A DNA stretch of 64,000 nt from Pelagomonas calceolata (lineage: Eukaryota): positions 1,736,001 through 1,800,000 of the forward strand of contig CAKKNE010000001.1 in the NCBI GenBank assembly GCA_918797485.1. The letters run 5' to 3'. Below the pieces are notes generated by a model that was not told where the DNA came from, searched no databases, and saw only the letters and a program-made list of their open reading frames with translations. Position numbers and translations under genes: made by a program. Below are positions 20,105-31,525 of the stretch, piece by piece (positions within the stretch are counted from its first letter, which is position 1; every line of letters begins with the position of its first letter).

Positions 20105-22548
20105 ATGTCCGACTCGTCCAGCGACGACGACGTCCCGCTGTCCCAGCTCCAGGCGCCGGCCAAGCCCGCCGCGAAGCCCGCCGCGAAGCCCAAGCCCAAG
20201 AAGAAGCCGCCGCCGTCGCCGTCCTCGTCCGACGACAGCGACGACGAGCCCGTCAAGCCCCCGCCGAAGAAGCGCGCCAAGCCGAAACCGAAGTACAAGG
20301 AGTCTTCCGACGACGACGACTCCTCGGACAGCGACGACGAGCCCATCCAGAAGAAGCGCGCGGCCCGCAAGCCCGCGAAGCGCAAGGCCCCCGCGAAGAA
20401 GGAGCCGGCTCCGAAGCGAAGGAAATCCTCGACCGGCTCGACGGCGCGAAAGCCCAAGCAGCTCACGAAGGTCCAGCGCCTCGAAAAAGCGTTGGGCGCC
20501 TTCGAGTGGTGGAACGCGCCCGACCCGCCCGAGGGCAAGTCGTGGACGACGCTGGAACATGCCGGTGTCACGTTCGAGCCGCAATACGTCCCGCACAACG
20601 TGCCCTTAGTGTATGAGGGTCAACCTGTGAAATTAACTCCTAGACAGGAAGAGCTCGCGACGTTCTACGCGTCCATGCCCGAGGACGGGCCCCAACTCTC
20701 GGTCAAAGGTGGTCAGCGAGAAATATTCCAGAAGAACTTCTGGGACGACTTCTCGAAGGCGCTGGGCAGTTCGCACACCATCAAGAGCTTTAAAGGCTGC
20801 GACTTCACACGAATCAGTGAACATTTGGATAGGCAGAAGGCGATCCGCCGTTCCGCGTCGGACGCGGAGAAAAAAGCGACGAAGGAAATGAAGGATAAAC
20901 AATTACTCAAGTCCGGCTTTGCGTTGCTCGACGGCCACGTCGAGAAGGTCGGGAATTTTCGCATGGAGCCGCCCTCGTTGTTTCGCGGTAGAGGTAAACA
21001 TCCAAGAACGGGGGTCGTGAAGCAAAGGACGGAGCCGGATCGCGTCGCGATCAATGTGGGGCGGGATAGGGCACCTCCTAGATGTCATGAACCAGGTAGA
21101 TCTTGGTCGGACGTGCAGCACGACGACTCCGTGACTTGGTTAGCTACTTGGCGCGGAGGCGGCGTCCGTGACGTATATATGCATTCGAGTGGCGCCGCAG
21201 CGATGGCGTCGACGCGACGCGACGCCATCGACGCGACGCCATCGCCGCGACGCCATCGCCGCGACGCCATCGCCGCGACGCCGCACATAACGCGACCGCG
21301 CGCAGGCACGAGAACGTCATGAGCCAGAATAAATACGTGATGCTCGCGGCGAACTCGTCCCTGAAGGGCAAGAGCGACTTCAACAAGTTCCACAAGGCGA
21401 TGCAGTTGAAAGGGTGTATTGATAAGGTCCGAAGGGACTACCAGCGGCACCTCGACAGTTCGGATAGGCAGCTCAAGCAGCAGGCGACGACGATGTGGCT
21501 CATCGACGTCCTGGCGTTGCGCGTCGGTGGCGAGAAGAACGAGGACGAGGCGGATACCGTGGGTTGCTGCTCGCTGCGCGTCGAGCATTTTACCTTCCAC
21601 AGCGGTGGCAAGGACGTCGATCTAGAATTCTTAGGCAAAGACTCGATCCGCTTCAAGCAGTCCATCGACTTCCAGAACGTCGACAGCAACGGCCCGCGCG
21701 TCCACGCTAATTTAACGCAGTTCTGCAAGGGCAAGAGCAAGAACGAGCAGGTCTTCGATCTGATCACGCCGACGGAGCTGAACAAGCACCTGTCGTCGAT
21801 CATGCCCGGGTTAACTGCTAAAGTGTTCCGTACGTACAACGCTAGCGAGACTTTACAAAACCAGTTACCAAAAGCGGAGGACGTGAAGAAATTACCGACG
21901 CCCCAGGACAAGATCGTGGCCTACAACGAGGCCAATAGGACCGTGGCCATTCTCTGTAACCATCAACGGACCGTGTCGGCCGCGGCCGCTACCGGCTTGG
22001 AGGAGAAGGCCGATCGCCTGGAGCAATTGAAAACTCAAAGAAGGGAACTCCAGAGCTGGAAGGGTTTGTCGTCAAAAAAAATCCCCCTCCACTCCGGCGA
22101 GGATCCCTCCAAAAAAGCCGCGGAGCTCGTTGATAAAGCTAAACAAATGAAAAACGACGCGAAAACGGCCGACGAGAAAGTGGCCGCGACGAAGGCCTAC
22201 GAGAGCGCCATGGACAAGCGGCGCCAGGCGAACAAGGCCAAGCAGGCGGAAGCGCACAAGTTCAAGAATACGCCGGACGAGGACGCGATCGACAAGCGCA
22301 TCGAGATGTGGACGGAGAAGGTCAAGAAGATGGAGGTTGAGCTCAGGAACAAGGAGGAAAACAAAGAAGTTTCGTTGGGTACGTCGAAAGCCAACTACAT
22401 GGACCCCAGGATCACGGTCGCCTGGTGCAAGCGGTGTGATTTGGAGATCTCGCGGCTGTTCCCGAAGACGCTCAAGGACAAGTTCAACTGGGCCATGGGC
22501 GTCGACGGAGATTGGCGCTTCGAGGCGGCGGAGGTGAAGAAGAACTAG
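20105..22548 (+). CDS. TOP1: DNA topoisomerase I, type IB (exons 20105-21150, 21306-22548)
   Basis: WTTLEHAG, GNFRMEPPSLFRGRG, LALRVGGEK, AKVFRTYNAS, ILCNHQR and GTSKANYMDPRI motifs. Confidence 0.97.
21151..21305 (+). other. Spliceosomal intron, GC-AG, 155 bp, GCGTCC at +12, internal 14-bp tandem repeat
   Basis: gcgcggaggcggcgtcc...cgcgcag; excision gives WLATW|HENVMSQNKYV, matching TOP1. Confidence 0.85.
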
Positions 22549-22575
22549 TGGGGGCCCCACCTAAGATTATCAAAT

Positions 22576-23481
22576 TTAGACCGCGGCGGTCGCGTAGACG
22601 AAGTCGCCGGCCCGCGCCCAGTCGGGCACGACGGCGACGAGCTTCCGGCCGTCCGGAAATGCGGCGTCGAGCCGCCCGCCGGGCGCGGCGCCCTCGGGCA
22701 CCTCGAGCCGGGCCCGCTGCGTCCCCGCGTCCTTCAACAAGATGGCGGGCGTCTTGGCGAAGAGGGCCTTCCAGGCGGCCCGGGCGGGCTTCGGCCAGGC
22801 CTCGGCCCGCATCCGGTCCTTGGCGATCGCGTCATTTGACGTGGGCGTGAGCGCGCCATTCCGGACGACGCCGAGCGCCTCAACGACATCGCCCGCCTCC
22901 AGGGTCGCCTCCTCGGCCAGCAAGTTGCTCGTGTGCCTCTTGTTTCGGATTTGCACGTGGCACGACTCGCCGTGGCGCTGGAGGAAGGCCTCGAGCAGCG
23001 GCGAGACCCTCTTGACGACCGGCCGTGAGATGGCGTGGTCGGCGCTCGACCCGTTCGTGCGCGTGACCTCCTGCGTTGATATTGACTCGTCCCGCGCCGT
23101 CGCGTCCTTGTCCAGTTTGTACCCGTAGCTGCGTTCCCCGCTCCAAAACTCGGGCCACCGCGCGTCGGCGGCGTTCACGCGGATCTGCGCGCCGGTATCG
23201 TCCGTGAGGAAGAAGTCGACGGCCTGGGTCTCGCAGAGATCTTCACTGATGCGCCACCCGGCTGCCTCTTCACTGTCCCCGAGGAAGTACCACTTGATGA
23301 CGACCTTGTAGTAGACGCACGGCCTCCCAGATATAGGCGAAACGAGCGTGGCCCCGGCGGGCGCGCAGCGGCCGACGACCTTGGCCACGCTTCCGTCCGT
23401 TGCCTGTCGGGGCGCCACGCCGTCGAAGCGCTGCAGGACGGCCTCGATCTTTTGGGCTCCGGTCGAGAAGGAGCAGCCCAT
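22576..23481 (-). CDS. GIDE-like domain protein with an N-terminal MGC acylation motif
   Basis: LVSPISGRPCVYY..DFFLTDDTG..IRV..EEATLEAGDVVEALG; start taken at MGCSFS. Confidence 0.55.
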   Translation of the reverse strand: MGCSFSTGAQKIEAVLQRFDGVAPRQATDGSVAKVVGRCAPAGATLVSPISGRPCVYYKVVIKWYFLGDSEEAAGWRISEDLCETQAVDFFLTDDTGAQIRVNAADARWPEFWSGERSYGYKLDKDATARDESISTQEVTRTNGSSADHAISRPVVKRVSPLLEAFLQRHGESCHVQIRNKRHTSNLLAEEATLEAGDVVEALGVVRNGALTPTSNDAIAKDRMRAEAWPKPARAAWKALFAKTPAILLKDAGTQRARLEVPEGAAPGGRLDAAFPDGRKLVAVVPDWARAGDFVYATAAV

Positions 23482-24416
23482 GGTTTTTGTGCTGCCCCAA
23501 CAGATGCACACGAAGAGCAGAGCAATTTGCGCGCAGAGCCAATCTTTGCTCAGGCTCGGTGTTCGGGTTTGCCGCCGGTGATCGGGGTCCTGAAGCGCGA
23601 CGCCTAGGCGTGCCGGAAGCGCCCTACCCTTCCCCGGCGAGCGCCCCGACAACCGCCAGCACGGCCGGTCTCGACGCGCGGGGCCATCTCGCGGGGCCGG
23701 TCCGCACAAAAAAAGCTCCCAGACGTTGAACAGAAACGCCGTTGCCACGGGCCGCGGGCGCCTCGGCACGCGCCGGACTCGCACCGAGGACGGGGAACCC
23801 TGGCACTAACTCTAAGGGCGTCCCGGGGAGCCCATAACCCGAACCCGCGCTGGCGCCGAAAAGGACGTCCCAAGCGTCCAGTCAAGTCTCCGAAGACTGG
23901 CCGTAGAATGGTTGTAGAGGGGCTCACTCGGCGTGTTACTCAGCTTGCTTCAGCATCAAATTTACACGCTTTGCCAAACTTTCAAACCAAGGTGCAAAAC
24001 GTGAGCCAGCGTCCCATTTGGCGCCGCGCCCCAGCACTTCTCTCGGAGGTTTAGAGGCCGCCATCTCTCTAAAATCGCGCGCGCGGCACGCGTCGAGCGC
24101 TCAGCGAGGGCTAACACAACATTTGAAGCGTCAGAGCCGCGCGGTCCCGCGCCGCGGCGGAGCGGGGCGCCAAGGAGCTCCTAGCACCCCGATCCGCGCC
24201 GCGCGCCGCGACCGCGGGCGACGCGCGGCGGCGGCGCGCGCGCCGGCCTCGGAAACGGGCGGAAACACCATCAGCGCGACGCCCTTCCCCACGATTGAAT
24301 CTGATACTTGTTACGTGTTCGACGGCGCGTTCCCCGGGTGGAACATCAGAGTCCCCATCGGGGTCGACTGCGCGAAGATCACGGTCCCGAGCGACTCCCG
24401 CCTAAGCGGCATTATT

Positions 24417-24481
24417 GCACACCTCCCGCGTCCGTCCTTTGCCCCCGCGCCCCGCGAAACGCTGAGACGCGGCGCGCGCAG
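24417..24481 (+). other. Intron GC-AG, 65 bp, GCGTCC at +12
   Basis: gcacacctcccgcgtcc...cgcgcag. Confidence 0.65.
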
Positions 24482-24535
24482 GTCGAAGGCACGAACACGG
24501 AGGTCGTCAACGAAGGCCAGCTTTGGAAGATCACC

Positions 24536-24600
24536 GCGCGCCTCCCGCGTCCGTCGCTTTTTGCTCTCCGAGGGCCTTCAATCACCGCGCCGCATCGCAG
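24536..24600 (+). other. Intron GC-AG, 65 bp, GCGTCC at +12
   Basis: gcgcgcctcccgcgtcc...catcgcag. Confidence 0.65.
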
Positions 24601-24675
24601 GACGAGTCATCAGCTGCCGGAACTAAGATCACGAACACCGGCACCGAAAGCGACGGCAGCCCCGTCCAAATCGGA

Positions 24676-24734
24676 GCGCGCCCCCTGCGTCCCTCCGCCT
24701 CCGACGGTCTCGACGACGCCTCCCTCGCGCGCAG
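24676..24734 (+). other. Intron GC-AG, 59 bp, GCGTCC at +12
   Basis: gcgcgccccctgcgtcc...cgcgcag. Confidence 0.65.
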
Positions 24735-24791
24735 GTCTATTCGGCTACGACCGAGGTCACGGTGAGCGACCCGGGCAAAGCGGAGATCAAC

Positions 24792-24849
24792 GTGCGCGAC
24801 CCGCGTCCATTGCGCCCGCCCGCACGAACGAAGGAACTACGAAACGCAG
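24792..24849 (+). other. Intron GT-AG, 58 bp, GCGTCC at +12
   Basis: gtgcgcgacccgcgtcc...aaacgcag. Confidence 0.7.
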
Positions 24850-25119
24850 GTCCGTGGATTCCAAACCATCTTCGACTGCTACGGCACGCCCGTGGAGTTG
24901 GTCCCTGGCGACGTTGGTTGTTGTTACCGGCTTAGCACTGGACGACTGATAGCTGGTAGCTTTCTTGATTGGATTGGATTTGGATGCCCCTCAGGCTAGT
25001 CGTGAAGGGCTCCGCAGACCAGGAAACACGCCTCGCCAGCGGTCCCCCCACAGCCAACACTGTCCTAGGGCCCCTTATGGCTCCCGCTCGCGAGGCGCGT
25101 AAGACGTTCTTATAACGCC

Positions 25120-27269
25120 CTAGTTCCCCCGCCGCTTGCGGTTCCCCGTCCGCTTCTTCTTCCCGGACAGCCCGGCCGCGATGGCCGCGTCGCGCTCGGC
25201 CTTGGCCTTCTCGTCCTTGGCCTTGCGCTCGTCGGCCCTAGACTTCGCGTCGAGCTTCTGGGCGTCCTTGCTGCTGATGTCGCCGCCCTGGGCCCCCGTG
25301 AACTTGCCCTTGTTTTTGCGGCCGCGCTTGTTGTAGGACCGTTGTTTTTTCGCGATCCAGCGCTCCGGATCGGGCGGCTTCGGGTTCTTCGGGTCGTACT
25401 TGCCCTCCGATTGCAGTTTCGCCAGGTAGGCCTCGCGGCGCTTCTTCCGCCGCTTCAAAACAGCCGCCCGTTTCTTGGCCTTGGCCTCTGCCAGTTCTTC
25501 GGGCGTCTTCGCTTGCACAACAAGATTCAAGTTCTCTCGTCGCGACGTGCGCCAGGCCTTCGGGACGCCCGCTTCGAGTAACTTGTCGACGTCTTCCTGG
25601 GTCATGTCCTCATCCACCTGCGGGACTAGGTCCTGGGGCAGCTGATTGACCAATTCTTCGGCTTCGTCGGCGTCGTAAAAAGCTGCCAGGACCGCTTTCT
25701 TGGCGATGTCTTCCGGTTCATTGCCGGGGTAGATGGCTATCGCTTCCTTGCAGCCCTCGATATCATCAAATTTCAACCTTTGGGCAGCGACCCTCAGGGC
25801 ATTATCGTCGGGCTGCACCCGTACGGTTCTCAGTAACGCCACGGCTTCATTCTTTTTACCGGCTTTGTTCAGGAGTTCGGCTCGCGTCGCGACGACGCCG
25901 GGCCTGTCGGCTAATGAAGATTCAGATAAAGCTTGGGCCGCTTCCGCGTCGCGGCCGCAGTCGTGGTGCGCTTGCGCGAGGATGAACCTTAACTTATAAT
26001 CATCAACATTCTTCGTCTTCACCGACTCCAAGGCCTGCTCGATGGCCGGGATGAGGGCCTCGGCGTCGGCGATGCGTTTCTTGGCCAGGGCTTCGGGAGA
26101 CGTGTCGTCCTCACCTGTGTGGAAATCAAAATTTCATGGTGCGTTCGTCTGCTCGATGGCGTGAAGGCTCACGAGGTCCTCAGTGGTCGCTTTCCACGCA
26201 GACCATGACCCTTCGCCTTCTTCTTCTTCTGCTGCTTCTCGGGCTGCGCGTGGACCGCGATGAGCAGTTCGGCGTCGCACTGGTCTTCTGGACTGGTGAA
26301 GGGCGTCTCCAGCGCTGCTAGGGCGTCCTGGGTTTTGCCCATGGCAAATAGAGTGCGGGCCCACAGCAGTCTTCCTAGAGCCGCATGTTTGTCACTTAGA
26401 TCACTGAAATTTGAAGCAGCATAAGGTTTCAGGCGTTTGTGCGAATCAAATAGATCGGTCTCGTCCCGTCGAGCCGCTACGAGCGTACAGGTCGCGGCGA
26501 AGCGTACCGCCGCGTCGGACGGCTTTTGTTTTAACAGTGTTTTGGCCCGTTCCACGGCTTGTCCAGAGTCACCGCTCCGCTCGAGAGCGTAAGCTAATTG
26601 CGCGGCGTATTGAGCTGTTTCATCAGTTTTCTCTTGGAGCGAGGCACCGTCTTCCTCGACCGCGCGCTCGGCACCCGACAAGGCCTTTTCTAGAGTTGCT
26701 GTAGCTTCCGTCGCCCCACACTGGGCCTCGCAGCAGCCCCGGTTGTAGGCCAACTCGTGGTGCTGCTCCGGGTCGTCCGGCGGCTTGAGCCTTGAAATAG
26801 CTTCGCGGCCCTTGCCCGCTAAGGCACACGCGGCGTAATAGTTCGCTTCGAGCTCTCGTCGGTCCGCGGCCGACCGTTTCGGCTGGTCTTCCCTCTCATC
26901 AAATAATAATGAGGCATATATATCAGCGGCCTCCGCGTAGTTGCCTTGTTTGTACAGAGTTTGGGCGCGCACGTGTGCCACGGCCTCATTATCGACCGAA
27001 GCCTGTAAAGCGCCCTCCAAATCGCCTAGCCGATACTGGCAGTAGGCCTTCACGTCCTGTAAAGCTTCGTCATCCCCACAGCACTCGAGGCCCTCCTTGC
27101 ACCGATCTAGTTTCGCAAGAGCCACGGCCTTGCACCGCTTCGCGTCGGCGTCCTCGCCGTCGATGTTCAGCACTTCGTTGGCCTTCTTGAGGATTTTCGA
27201 GAACTTCTGGGCCTTGCAGGCCTTCTCGAGGTCCTCTCGGAGCTTCGCGAGCCGCTCGGCATCGGCCAT
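25120..27269 (-). CDS. SRP72: Signal recognition particle subunit SRP72 (exons 27269-26210, 26114-25120)
   Basis: N-terminal TPRs (KAYCQYRL, AQTLYKQG, ELAYNRGC); RNA-binding PKPPDPERWI.K..RS..GAQG. Confidence 0.9.
26115..26209 (-). mobile_element. Shortened family-1 introner intron, GT-AG, 95 bp
   Basis: TIRs CTGTGTGGAAATCAA (26115) / TTTCCACGCAG (26201); TSD eroded; excision gives KAKG|EDDTSPE in frame. Confidence 0.85.
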
Positions 27270-27538
27270 TGTTGTGTGCAGAGGGCGACGACACTAATGG
27301 TGTCGCGGTCGCTCCTCTGCGTGTTCTGCGGTGCTCGCGGCGGCGATGGCGTACCGCGGCGCTGCTTTTGCAGCCTCGCTCTCACGGCGGCGAGGGGCTT
27401 GCACTGGCGGCGCGCTGGACACACAGATGCAAGCGCTGCTCTGCGCTGCTCCTGTGGTGCTGTGCGGCTGCCACGGCCGTGTTGTTGCTCTCTACTTGCG
27501 CAGCGGGCTGAGTTGCAATGCCCGCAAGCCTGGCGCTT

Positions 27539-27562
27539 GCTAGTGTCTTACATGCCGCTAGC
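27539..27562 (+). promoter_or_regulatory. Dyad-ended upstream motif, copy 4
   Basis: GCTAGTGTCTTACATGCCGCTAGC between divergent starts at 27269 and 27780. Confidence 0.7.
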
Positions 27563-27779
27563 TCGGCACTCATCCATTTATTATAGCGCCGTCAGTTGCG
27601 CGACTCACGCCCGACCCGCGTTTCAGAGACTCGCGCCGCCGTCGCGAAGCCGCCGCCGCGCGTAACCGTCTTATTCCGCGACCGCCCCGCTCGATATTTG
27701 CCAAGGTCACTGAGAGACCACAAACTTGCCCGCCGCCGCCGACGACCCGGCGCCGCGTAGCTTAGTCACAGATTCAACC

Positions 27780-28013
27780 ATGAGCTCCTCCGCCGGCGTC
27801 TCCGAGCTCATGGACGCGGAAAAGAAGGCCTCGACCGTCGTCGCCGAGGCGCGCGCCGCGCGGTCCGACCGCCTCAAGGCCGCCAAGGCCGAGGCCGGCG
27901 CGGCCGTCGACGACCTGCGCGCCGCCCGCGAGTCCGAGCACGCGCTCACGACGTCGTCCGACAGCGACGCGAAGGAGGCGCAGGCCATCGCCGCGACGGC
28001 CGACGGCGAGATC
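27780..28013 (+). pseudogene. V-ATPase subunit G, 3'-truncated
   Basis: MSSSAGVSELMDAEKKASTVVAEARAARSDRLKAAKAEA is a typical subunit G N-terminus; broken after 78 codons. Confidence 0.7.
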
Positions 28014-28014
28014 C

Positions 28015-28340
28015 ATCGCGGTCGAGAAGTGCGCCGAGGACGTGAAGGGCCAGACGTGCTTCATCTGCACCCAGGCATTGCATTGGAAGACGAAGGAGGG
28101 CCTCGTGCGCGGATGTTCGTGCCGCGGGACGGCTGGTTTCGTCCACGTGTCGTGCTTGGCGGAGCAGGCGAAGATTTTGGTCGCGGAGGCCGAGGAGAAC
28201 AATTTGGGTGTCAAGGCGTTTAATCAGAGGTGGAATCGGTGGGCCATTTGTGGTCTGTGTGAGCAACGGTACCACGGCGTCGTAATGAACGCACTCGGGT
28301 GGGCGTGCTGGAAGATGTACGTGGGCCGGCCGGAGGACCA
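28015..28340 (+). pseudogene. Internal fragment of a RING-variant/TPR family gene
   Basis: CFICTQALHWKTKEGLVRGCSCRGTAGFVHVSCL (RING-CH-like); ALGWACWK.YVGRPE shared with 17382-18130. Confidence 0.75.
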
Positions 28341-28421
28341 CGGGAGACGGTGCGCAAATCAAATTTCACGGCGCCTCCACGCCATCGAGGCGACGTCTAT
28401 TCGATGGCGTTTTGCGCACAG
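28340..28421 (+). mobile_element. Family-1 introner remnant at a chimeric junction
   Basis: gtgcgcaaatcaaatttcacggcgc..cacgccatcga..tcgatggcg..tttgcgcacag; eroded TSD acgggaga vs gccggcga. Confidence 0.7.
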
Positions 28422-28793
28422 GCCGGCGAATGCGGCGGCGCCGATTCTTGCGCGGGAGCGTTGCTGGCTGTTTCGGATGTCCTCGGCGACGTCGCGGTGG
28501 AGCGTTTAAACCCGTGGACCTTCCCGGCGGCGGGCGAGCTACGATGCTTGCTGCACGGTGCAGGATTCCGGGACGTCGTCGTGACTTCGTCCCCTCGCCC
28601 GGTGCAATGCACTGCTGTGGAATGGTATAGAACGTTCGGGAAAGTGTTCTTGGAATCGGTTCCCGTCGCAGACCGCGCCGCGTTCCTCGACGACTACCGC
28701 ACCGCGTGTGCCCACCGCCTCGGCGGGGAGAACCGCCTCGACTTCGTCCGCCTGCGCTGGCGCGCCGTCCGTCGCGACGACCGCTCAAGATAG
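28422..28793 (+). pseudogene. C-terminal half of a class I SAM-dependent methyltransferase (Tam-like)
   Basis: AGECGG..NPWTFP..LLHGAGF..PRP..WYRTFG..FL..DFVRLRWRA; the SAM-binding N-terminus is absent. Confidence 0.6.
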
Positions 28794-28832
28794 ACTCATC
28801 GTCGCTCGCCAATAATTTCACAACCACAACTA

Positions 28833-29207
28833 TTACTCCCGCGCCCCATCGTCGCCGACGACTTCCGCCCCGTCTTGTAGAGGCGGCCCCGTCCTCGCGA
28901 GCTCGAACGGCTCCCGCCGCACGTCGGCCCGCAATGTGTCGCCCCGGCGCACGCCGTAGGCCGCCAACGGCGCTGAGCCGGGCCCGATCGCCTTCCCCTG
29001 GAAGTGGAACGCGACGGCGCGGTGCCGCGGCGGCAGCTGCGCGCCGGCCGCCGCCGCGAGCGCCGCGAAGCCACAGGTCGCGAGGTCCACGTCCACCTCG
29101 AAGGTCACGTCCTCGGTGCCGGGCACGAGGCCCGCCGCGCAGCCCTCGCGCTCGGCGTCCTCCCTTCGATTCGTCGCGCGGGCCCAGCAGAGGGCGATGC
29201 GCACCAT
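28833..29207 (-). CDS. Stand-alone divergent ubiquitin-like domain protein, paralog of the tail of the neighbouring ubiquitin fusion
   Basis: Shares PGT..F.VDVDL..LPP.H..V.FHF.GK..YGV.RGDT...DVRRE.F.L..TGPP..DDGARE with 29500-29880. Confidence 0.7.
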   Translation of the reverse strand: MVRIALCWARATNRREDAEREGCAAGLVPGTEDVTFEVDVDLATCGFAALAAAAGAQLPPRHRAVAFHFQGKAIGPGSAPLAAYGVRRGDTLRADVRREPFELARTGPPLQDGAEVVGDDGARE

Positions 29208-29413
29208 CCCGCCACACGTGCGAATGCGTTCGCGTCGGAGGCGTGCAGCAGTGCTTTTGCTGATTTGTGGCAGCAGCAAATGAGCGATCTAGGTCGCGGC
29301 TGTGGTCCGCACGGGTGATGCGCTGCCAAAAGAGGTACCCAGGAGGCGTCCACGACGTCGCGTTGCACCGCTAATCGACTGCTTGCCCCGCTGCGCAAGC
29401 AAATCAGCTGATT

Positions 29414-29436
29414 GCTAGTGTCTTACGGCCGCTAGC
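29414..29436 (+). promoter_or_regulatory. Dyad-ended upstream motif, copy 5
   Basis: GCTAGTGTCTTACGGCCGCTAGC, ~207 bp upstream of the minus-strand ATG at 29207. Confidence 0.65.
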
Positions 29437-29499
29437 TCAAGTTCAACACGGTTGGACCCGTGAGGAAGAGAATGACACAGATTACGCGAGGAAAGACGC

Positions 29500-30405
<906 letters not shown>

Positions 30406-30507
30406 CTACCAAAGTCTTTGCACGGTGCGGGGCTGCGCGCGAGGCGTCGCGATCGATCGAGGCCTCCTGTCCCAAGCGACTACTTCTATTAAGAATACAA
30501 AACATAC

Positions 30508-31188
30508 TTAGTCCGCCAGCGGCGCGGACACGTCCGACGCGGGAAAGCTCGCCGCCGAGCAGAACAGGTCCGGCCACGCCTTATCCGAAGCGAGCAGCGT
30601 CTCCCGCTTCGTCATCGTCACGACGAGGCGCTTCTTCCGTATTTTCACCTTGGCGTCGTCCAGCGGGGACCGCAAATTCGTGAGCGCGAGGCGGTGGACA
30701 CACCCATCGTACCTCACGGATATGGTGAGCGCCGTGTCCGCCGGCCTCGCAACGGACACGTCGGCCTCCGAAATAGCACTATAGTCCCACGCGTCCTCGA
30801 TCGAGACCTTGACTGTTGATGGCGTGTCGGACCAGGCATAGCGCGTCACGCGCTTTATCGTCTCGCTGTGGATCACGGGAGCCGAAGCGATGGGCGCGCG
30901 CGGTTTATTAACTGCTGTCTGCGAATCCACGGCGACGGGCTTCTTCGTCGCGGAGTCGAGTTTGCGAGGGCCGTTCATGGCATAATCCGAAGCCTGCAGC
31001 CCGTCCGTATAGCCGCCCGTCAAGTTTTGATGACCATAATAATACCCGTTCTCGCCCTTCTTCTTGGAGCGGGCCCAGGGCGCGTCCTTCGGCTTCGGCT
31101 CGGGCTTTGCGCGGAAGACGAGGAACGTCGCGAGGCCGACGGCGGCCGACGCGAGCGCTACCCAGTCGCGGGTCTCCAGCTTTATCAT
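30508..31188 (-). CDS. Membrane-anchored CS-domain (p23/CacyBP-like) co-chaperone
   Basis: N-terminal TM; GENGYYYGH; VTRYAWSD..VKV.I..L.L.NL..K.RLVVTM.K..W.DL. Confidence 0.7.
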   Translation of the reverse strand: MIKLETRDWVALASAAVGLATFLVFRAKPEPKPKDAPWARSKKKGENGYYYGHQNLTGGYTDGLQASDYAMNGPRKLDSATKKPVAVDSQTAVNKPRAPIASAPVIHSETIKRVTRYAWSDTPSTVKVSIEDAWDYSAISEADVSVARPADTALTISVRYDGCVHRLALTNLRSPLDDAKVKIRKKRLVVTMTKRETLLASDKAWPDLFCSAASFPASDVSAPLAD

Positions 31189-31525
31189 TTGTATGCTACG
31201 CGACACCTCGAGGCGTGGCGATGCAGAGAGAGCAAGTGTTGGAGAGCGTCTGCCGCGCCTCGCTCGCCGTCCGACGCTGTCGCACGTCGAATCACTGCAG
31301 CGTCGCGACAAAGCAAAGCTCGGATACAGTTTTTGCGTGGCTAGGTGCTGTGGTTTTGGCGGCCAGCCCTTGCAAGCCTGCAGAGGCTGTGGGCTACTTG
31401 TTGCTGTTACGCACGCGACGCGCAGGGCAACCCAGCGCCGGATTTTGCTAGCGCTCCGTGACGCCTACTACTACGCAAGGACACCGTGCAACTTATAACT
31501 GCCGCGCGCACGCCGCTGCAACACA

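Larger units (their letters stand above)
24250..24999 (+). pseudogene. Cryptic micro-exon gene or fragment encoding beta-solenoid-like rungs (exons ..24416, 24482-24535, 24601-24675, 24735-24791, 24850-24999)
   Basis: Removing four phase-0 introns gives a stop-free frame ..ITVPSDSRLSGII|VEGTNTEVVNEGQLWKIT|DESSAAGTKITNTG..QIG|VYSATTEVTVSDPGKAEIN|VRGFQTIFDC; no in-frame ATG seen; start coordinate approximate. Confidence 0.6.

Noticed and set aside
23790..25100. TIRs bracketing the micro-exon fragment (GGGAGCCCATAA vs reverse-complement GGGAGCCATAA), Pack-type element
   Set aside because: Similarity is only ~11 bp, does not extend, and no TSD was found
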